Shown one piece after another: positions 15,839 to 21,447 of a DNA stretch of 24,000 bases (within the stretch, counting starts at the first letter, position 1; every line of letters starts with the position of its first letter). The stretch is from Candidatus Terraquivivens tikiterensis (lineage in GTDB: Archaea; Thermoproteota; Nitrososphaeria_A; Caldarchaeales; Wolframiiraptoraceae), in the NCBI GenBank assembly GCA_003056285.1, contig NDWU01000002.1:70839-94838 (forward strand), written 5' to 3'. A program made the position numbers and the translations under genes. The notes under the pieces were generated by a model, which ran no database searches, was not told the DNA's origin, and was given only the letters and a program-made list of their open reading frames with translations.

Positions 15839-17104
15839 ATGCAGCCAGGTCTTAAGATGATGATATTCCCGAGAAGGTTCGTCATAGGTCCTGGCGCGAT
15901 GAAGGTCGCAGGAAAGCTCGCCAAGATATACGTCAAGAAGCCGTTAATAATTGGCGGGAAGAGGGCCCTCGAGGCATGCAGGAAGGCAGGGCTCCAGTCA
16001 GGCCTTGAGAAGGAGGGCGTGAAGTACGTCGAGGCGGTATTCGGCGAAAAGGTTCCGTACGGTCCGGAGTGCTGCGAGCCGGAGATAGAGAGGCTCACGA
16101 AGATAGGAAGGGAGAACGGCTGCGACGGCGTAATAACAGCAGGAGGCGGCAAGGTTATAGATACTGGTAAAATCGTCGGGGATAAGCTGGGCGGCGAGAG
16201 CATAGTCATACCGACGATAACGGCGACGGACGCTCCTACCAGCGCCCTTTCTGTCGTTTATACGCCAGACCACGTATTCAAAGAGGTTTGGTACTTCAAC
16301 CTGAACCCGGCCATGGTCCTAATAGACTCTAAGATAGTCGCCGAGGCTCCTGCAAGGTGGCTCGCCGGAGGCATGGGAGACGCAGCCTCCAAGAAGTTCG
16401 AGGGAAGGGCCTGTGTAAGGACAGGAGCAAAGAACTTAGCCGTAAAGCCAGAGTGGCTCGGAGCAGGACCAGACCTAGCCTTCCTCATCTGCGAGAACCA
16501 ATGGGAGAGGCTGAAGGCATACGGGGAGGCTGCGATGGACGCCGCGAGGAAGAAGGTAGTTTCGCCCCAGCTAGAGGCCATAATAGAGACGAACGTGCTA
16601 TTCAGCGGGCTTGGTTTCGAGAGTTGCGGCTTGGGCGCGGCACACGGTGTTTACTATGGATTAACGGCGATAGAGCACTACATACCTCCGGAGAAGTTCC
16701 CGACGCATGGGGAGCTAGTGTTCTGGGGAGGTTTCGTCCAGCTTATATCAGAGGACGCTCCGATGAGCGAGATACTGGAGTACGCTACGTGGGGGCATAG
16801 GGTAGGCCTGCCGCTAACTTTCGAGGAGATAGGATTCAAGCCTGGCGAGCCGAACGACGAGATGCTATGGAAGGCGGCGGAGAAGGCGACGCTCGACCCA
16901 GGCTCCACAATCCATACCGAGTTCTACATGAACATGCAGGCTAAGGAGATAGGTCCTTACAAGAACATCGTTGACCCGGTGGAGCACATATTCTACTCGA
17001 TGAAGGCGGCCGACGAGATAGGAAAGAGGATAGCGTCCCAGGTCCCGAGGGTTCCTTACGAGGCTAAGTGGGTACCTTACGACGCCTTCATGAAGAAGCA
17101 TTGA
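15839..17104 (+). CDS. Glycerol dehydrogenase-like (GldA family, metal-dependent polyol dehydrogenase)
   Basis: GGGKVIDTGK and PTITATDAPTSALSVVYT are present. The metal-ligand contexts GGMGDAASKKFE, GLGAAHGVYYG and THGELVFWG match the GldA Asp/His/His pattern. 421 aa. An alternative start lies at the ATG-ATG at 15857. Confidence 0.85.
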   Translation: MQPGLKMMIFPRRFVIGPGAMKVAGKLAKIYVKKPLIIGGKRALEACRKAGLQSGLEKEGVKYVEAVFGEKVPYGPECCEPEIERLTKIGRENGCDGVITAGGGKVIDTGKIVGDKLGGESIVIPTITATDAPTSALSVVYTPDHVFKEVWYFNLNPAMVLIDSKIVAEAPARWLAGGMGDAASKKFEGRACVRTGAKNLAVKPEWLGAGPDLAFLICENQWERLKAYGEAAMDAARKKVVSPQLEAIIETNVLFSGLGFESCGLGAAHGVYYGLTAIEHYIPPEKFPTHGELVFWGGFVQLISEDAPMSEILEYATWGHRVGLPLTFEEIGFKPGEPNDEMLWKAAEKATLDPGSTIHTEFYMNMQAKEIGPYKNIVDPVEHIFYSMKAADEIGKRIASQVPRVPYEAKWVPYDAFMKKH

Positions 17105-17161
17105 GAATTTAAACAAAACCCCATTTTTTATTCTGTCGGGCTTGTTTTACCTCTTCAAAGG

Positions 17162-17169
17162 TATAAAAG
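17162..17169 (+). promoter_or_regulatory. Candidate TATA box for the herA-nurA-like operon
   Basis: TATAAAAG lies about 35 nt upstream of ATG 17201. A T-rich tract (CCATTTTTTATTC, 17121-17133) just upstream could terminate the gldA-like transcript. Confidence 0.4.
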
Positions 17170-17200
17170 AGCCTTTAGCATAGGAAAGTATGCAGCGTTC

Positions 17201-18661
17201 ATGAAAGTGATAGGCATCGTGGCGAGCCATGCGACAGAATCCCGCGTAACGATGATACTTAACGAGGGGATGGAGAGGGAAGTAGAGAACGAAAGCCTGG
17301 TCTTGGTGGAGAACAGGAACGGCGGTAAGATACTAGCAGTCTGCAGGGGAGGCATCGGTATAAACGACGCCCTGAGGGCGACTATATATTCTCCCGGCGT
17401 TGCCTACGCTAAGGCTGGCAGGCAGCCGAGCACTGCAAAGGAGTTTTTCGGCTTTAACCTTGTGGTGATAGGCGACGTATCGAGGGGAAGGATCGAGCAG
17501 AACAAACGCATAATAGCCCCAACATCGCCCGTAAAGCTTTTTGAAGAGCACGAGGACCCATTTTCCTACTTCGGCCCATACAGCCTGAAAATAGGACATT
17601 ACAAAGATGTCGTAAGCTGGAAAGTGCCAGTGCGCGAGGAGTACATACCGTTCCACATAGGCGTATTCGGCGTGACGGGGTCGGGAAAATCCTTCTTCTG
17701 TAGGTACGAGTTAATTCCTTTACTCAGGAAGGCCGGTTACGATGTTTTGGTTTTTGACTGGAAGGGTTCGGATTACGCTCCCTACTTCGACGGGAAGATA
17801 TCGATGCGGGATATAGAGTTGGACGATGAGGCAATAATATCCTACCTATGCTCAAAGGCGGGAAACTTTGGCTCCGGCAAAATGGCAGATACGATGAGGG
17901 CCTACCTCGAGGAGGCCCTTTCCGACGGCGAGTGGAAGTCCTACCCTCCCGAGGGAGCAAAGGAAGTACTCTACTCTAAAATAAAAAGGGCAATAGAAGA
18001 GGATAATAGGGATAAGCAGGGTAATATAACCCAGTGGGGCAGGATATACGTACGCCGCTTAGAAAAAGGGTTTAAGCGGATTACCTTGGACGACTTCGAA
18101 ACTGTTCTTGGTAAGATGGGGCCTGAGCAGATAGTAGAAAGGCTGAGGGCCCAGCACGTTCTCGTCATAGACATGAGCCTCGGTAGCAAAGAGCAGAAGC
18201 TTTCGGTTTTCCTATCGGTAGCGAGGTACCTTAAGGACTTAATGGAGAAGAAGAACAGGTTAAACGTAGCTCTCCTCATAGACGAGGCCCCGCAGTACTG
18301 TCCGTATTCACCCCGTGACCTCGAGGAGGAAACGACCGAGATGATAACCTCCTTGTGTGCCCTCGGTAGGACATATGGCCTTTCGATGATCCTTCTCTCC
18401 CAGGGCATTGCCGGTGAGATAGGAATAAACGCCGCCGTTAGGAGGAACCTGAACACTCTATTCATAGGACGAATACATCCCCTAGACCTGGACGAGGCCT
18501 CAAAGCTATTTGCGATGTCAGGGGTAGAACCAGAGAACCTCCTAAGGCTTCCAGAGGGCCACTTTTACTTCGTCGGCAAGATGAACCCGTCACCCATCCC
18601 GCTCCTTCTGAGCTTTCAGATAAGGGAGGATGAGAAGGTTGGGCGTTCGGCAGGAGCTTGA
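17201..18661 (+). CDS. HerA-like (DUF87/FtsK-HerA superfamily) ATPase
   Basis: There is an N-terminal barrel-like segment (VIGIVASHATESRVTMILNE...LVLVENRNGGKILAVC). Walker A is HIGVFGVTGSGKSFF and Walker B is NVALLIDEAPQY. The 486-aa size is typical of HerA. Confidence 0.85.
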   Translation: MKVIGIVASHATESRVTMILNEGMEREVENESLVLVENRNGGKILAVCRGGIGINDALRATIYSPGVAYAKAGRQPSTAKEFFGFNLVVIGDVSRGRIEQNKRIIAPTSPVKLFEEHEDPFSYFGPYSLKIGHYKDVVSWKVPVREEYIPFHIGVFGVTGSGKSFFCRYELIPLLRKAGYDVLVFDWKGSDYAPYFDGKISMRDIELDDEAIISYLCSKAGNFGSGKMADTMRAYLEEALSDGEWKSYPPEGAKEVLYSKIKRAIEEDNRDKQGNITQWGRIYVRRLEKGFKRITLDDFETVLGKMGPEQIVERLRAQHVLVIDMSLGSKEQKLSVFLSVARYLKDLMEKKNRLNVALLIDEAPQYCPYSPRDLEEETTEMITSLCALGRTYGLSMILLSQGIAGEIGINAAVRRNLNTLFIGRIHPLDLDEASKLFAMSGVEPENLLRLPEGHFYFVGKMNPSPIPLLLSFQIREDEKVGRSAGA

Positions 18662-19859
18662 TGAGTATCCCGACTGGAGCAGGATGCCCAAGGTTTTACA
18701 GAGCAGGTTCTTCGAGCTTGCTGAGGCTGAGGCTCAAAAATTGATACGTGCCAACCTAGTCGATGCGAATGCCGTAGAAACGTTAAGGAAGATGCTGAAG
18801 ATAAAGAGGCTCGAGAGCTACGAAGGTTGGGATGAGCTTCTGGTCGCCTGCGTCGATGGTTCCGATTCCCCTGTCTGCAACGAGCGCATAAGCCTTAGGT
18901 ACGCCCTATTCGCAAGCGCCTACAAGCTCTTCAAAGGCTTGGAGGGGCTTGATGAGGAATTCATGAGCGATTATTACAGCGATAGGCAGATCCTACCGCA
19001 CGAAAAATTTTCCAAGATCGTCGAGCTCTTCATGACGTACTACGAGAGGTTGATGGCCCATCGTGCCTTGAGAAAGCACTCGCCTGACATACTGATGCTG
19101 GACGGTAGCTTCTTCGGTTACAGGGCCAGATGCAGCGAGATACTTGATGAGGAGATCGATTGGACGCCCTTCGGCAGGCATACGGGCTTTAAAACCGGAA
19201 AAGAGCTCGTGGACGAGGTAACAAAGCTAACGGTTGAGTTGGTAAAATCCGGCAGGGCGTTGGGCGTAATAAAAAGGGTGAATACCGCCTCGATAGACGG
19301 TTGGATCGCTTACAAGTATCCCTCGAGCAAGCCGATAGGCCTGAACGACCGTGCTATTTTGAGCATCCTCATGGAGACGTGCACGCTCTTCTCGTACGAT
19401 GAGGCTTTTGATGTGAACTTTAACATACTAAACTGGTACAGGGAGGTTTCGAGGGAGTTAAAAGGAAAGGACCCCGAGGATATTCTTAGAGGGGTCGAGA
19501 GAAGGCTCAGGGTTCAAATAAAAGCCGACTTGGGCGACGAATCTTACATAACGTACGTCATGGATACGAAGCGCTGCTACATTAAGACCATGGAGGAACA
19601 TCCGCCAGTATGCGTAGAGTTTTGGAAGGGGAGCGACCCTGAGTGGGTAAAGAAGGCTCTCTGGTACGTTTACGCGTCGAGGGACCCAGCGACAGGCCTC
19701 CCCTTCCCGCTGGATATAGTCGACAGCCTAGTAAGCTTGCCTAAGGGAGTCGCGAGGGAGTTCGCCGAGGAGGTGGAGGCTCGGCTTCTAAGGGCGGGCG
19801 TGGACCAAAAAGTCCTCCTTAACCTCTTTAGCAGATTTAACCCGCAGAAGGAGGAGTAG
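18630..19859 (+). CDS. NurA-like nuclease
   Basis: NurA-domain motifs appear in order: ACVDGSDSP, ERLMAHRAL, ILMLDGSFFGY, GVIKRVNTAS and the C-terminal GLPFPLDIVDSLVSL (GYPYPL..AD-like). The ATG overlaps the herA-like 3' end by 32 nt. An alternative in-frame ATG is at 18684. Confidence 0.8.
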   Translation: MRRLGVRQELDEYPDWSRMPKVLQSRFFELAEAEAQKLIRANLVDANAVETLRKMLKIKRLESYEGWDELLVACVDGSDSPVCNERISLRYALFASAYKLFKGLEGLDEEFMSDYYSDRQILPHEKFSKIVELFMTYYERLMAHRALRKHSPDILMLDGSFFGYRARCSEILDEEIDWTPFGRHTGFKTGKELVDEVTKLTVELVKSGRALGVIKRVNTASIDGWIAYKYPSSKPIGLNDRAILSILMETCTLFSYDEAFDVNFNILNWYREVSRELKGKDPEDILRGVERRLRVQIKADLGDESYITYVMDTKRCYIKTMEEHPPVCVEFWKGSDPEWVKKALWYVYASRDPATGLPFPLDIVDSLVSLPKGVAREFAEEVEARLLRAGVDQKVLLNLFSRFNPQKEE

Positions 19860-19885
19860 AGAAAACGCTGAATACGGAGCTGTCC

Positions 19886-20563
19886 ATGATCGGCTTGCTC
19901 GATGTTTACAGGAGCAAGTTAATGGGGCTTCTACCATACTTTGATTGGTACCCATGCGACGCCCACTCGCCAAAGTGGTGGGGAGGTTTAGAAAGCCCAG
20001 AAGAGGTTGCCATAACGGCGGTTCTAGTCCAGCAGACTAGGTGGGAGAACGTAAAGAAAGCTTACGAGAACTTAAGGTTAGCGCGTTTGAACAACTTCGT
20101 TGCCATTAAAAAATCGAGCGCGAACTTCATAAAAAACTGCATAAGATCGGTCGGCATGAATGCCAGCAAATCTAAAAAGCTGAAGGGGTTAGCCGATGCT
20201 GTTGTTAAAAACGGCGGCTGGGAGCGTTTTATTAACAGGGACTTAGAGAAGGTAAGGGCAGACCTTCTAGGGGTGAATGGCATAGGGTATGAGACTGCTG
20301 ATTCGATCCTTTTGTTTGCAGGGAACCACTTAATATTTCCGGCCTCGAGGCTAGTTGCTAGAGTTTTAGAGCGGGTTGGTTTCAGCGTTCCTAAGGGCTA
20401 TGAGGCGTTCAGAAGGTTTATCGAATCAGGGTTGCCGAGGAACCTTTTTGATTACAAGCTCTTCTACGCTTCCTCGCTCGTCATCACAAAGGTTGCGTGC
20501 CGCTCCTCCGATCCTGAGTGCTCGAAGTGCCCTCTTAGCGATGCGTGCTACAAGTTTTTATAA
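19886..20563 (+). CDS. Endonuclease III-related HhH-GPD / [4Fe-4S] protein (COG2231-like), apparently lacking the catalytic Asp
   Basis: The N-terminal helix is AVLVQQTRWENV. The HhH motif is LLGVNGIGYETADSILLFA. The Fe-S cluster loop is C-x6-C-x2-C-x5-C (CRSSDPECSKCPLSDAC). By hand alignment, the position of the EndoIII Asp138 (VDTH/IDAY) reads PASR. Confidence 0.8.
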   Translation: MIGLLDVYRSKLMGLLPYFDWYPCDAHSPKWWGGLESPEEVAITAVLVQQTRWENVKKAYENLRLARLNNFVAIKKSSANFIKNCIRSVGMNASKSKKLKGLADAVVKNGGWERFINRDLEKVRADLLGVNGIGYETADSILLFAGNHLIFPASRLVARVLERVGFSVPKGYEAFRRFIESGLPRNLFDYKLFYASSLVITKVACRSSDPECSKCPLSDACYKFL

Positions 20564-20569
20564 AAACTT

Positions 20570-20764
20570 GCGAAAAGGGCAGGTAGGTTCGGGCAATCGG
20601 GCTATACGCTCATAGCAACGTATGGCACCACCCATGAAGGGGGAATGCCCACCGGGCGTGGCGCCTCCTGATCGGAGGCTAAAAGTCTATGAACTACCGG
20701 TAGATGAAAGCCTTAGAGCAAAAACCAGGGCTTCGGCAGTTAGAGCGTCAAACGTTCTTTAGCG
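20570..20764 (+). repeat. Copy B of the diverged ~190-nt repeat (possible relic tnpB 3' end / omega-RNA-like right end)
   Basis: See copy A. It fills the convergent intergenic gap between the EndoIII-like stop (20563) and the DUF434-like stop (20748), and overlaps the last six codons of the latter. It contains the hairpins ATGCCC-ACC-GGGCGT and GCCTCC-TGATC-GGAGGC. Confidence 0.55.
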
Positions 20765-21443
20765 ATACCAAGTTATACGGCCTTTCTTTTAAGATGATAT
20801 AACCCGCCAGGTCAAAAAACCTATCAGCCCTATGTATTACGACCGAATCGCTTGAGACCACTACGCACCTATCCCTGAGAAGGGCCGAGTCGACGCTTTT
20901 CTCAGTCTCCGCCGAGCCTTTCATGCCCTCTTCTTCCAAGATTTTTCTCGTAAGGGCCGATATTTCGCCACTCCTGCTTATCTGGCTTTCGTAGTAGAAG
21001 ATAGCTTCTTCGGCCTTGAGCTCCTTTAGGGTCTTAACGATCAACCTTATAAGACCCTCGGTCGCACCCGTCGGCTTGAAATCCCCATGGACTTCTGAAA
21101 CGTCCCTCACCACGCCATCGTCGCAAAGCACCAACAGCCTGCCATCCTTGAACGACTGCAAGGTATTCAGCACGTTGAAGCCATCTACCGCAACCTTAAC
21201 GCCTTTCAGCCCGCTCGGGTCCATGGCCTTTTCCCTCACCTTCCTAGCCCACTCTGAAGAGGAGACGCACCGGTACAGTATGCTCCTAGCCATCCTGTCA
21301 AGCACGTACCTGTTCGCTACAAAGTCAACGGCTGACTCTCTTTTGTATTCCCTATCTAAAAGGTACCTTAGGTCCTCGGCTGCCCTTAGTAGCTTATCCC
21401 AAACGCTCCTCACCCACTCCACATCGTCCATAAAACCAACCAT
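20748..21443 (-). CDS. Hypothetical protein: DUF434-like N-terminal domain plus NYN/PIN-like C-terminal domain
   Basis: The N-terminus EDLRYLLDREYKRESAVDFVANRYVLDRMARSILYRCV matches my recollection of the archaeal DUF434 pattern. The central VKVAVDGFNVLNTL...LVLCDDGVVRD resembles the NYN/YacP-type acidic nuclease core. The start codon lies 4 nt downstream of the leuS stop. Confidence 0.6.
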   Translation of the reverse strand: MVGFMDDVEWVRSVWDKLLRAAEDLRYLLDREYKRESAVDFVANRYVLDRMARSILYRCVSSSEWARKVREKAMDPSGLKGVKVAVDGFNVLNTLQSFKDGRLLVLCDDGVVRDVSEVHGDFKPTGATEGLIRLIVKTLKELKAEEAIFYYESQISRSGEISALTRKILEEEGMKGSAETEKSVDSALLRDRCVVVSSDSVVIHRADRFFDLAGYIILKERPYNLVSLKNV

Positions 21444-21447
21444 CCAC

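Noticed and set aside
20584-20604. GCAGGTAGGTTCGGGCAATCGGG resembling a tRNA T-arm / possible att duplicate of the tRNA-Tyr 3' end
   Set aside because: Only a loose resemblance to GCAGGTTCAAATCCTGC. No cloverleaf can be drawn and there is no exact repeat of the tRNA 3' half, so there is no support for an att site.
12011-20764. Interpretation of the two direct repeats as attL/attR of an 8.4-kb integrated element
   Set aside because: The repeats are long but only moderately similar, whereas att sites are short and near-identical. No integrase lies between them, and the enclosed genes have mixed (host-like and foreign) codon usage.
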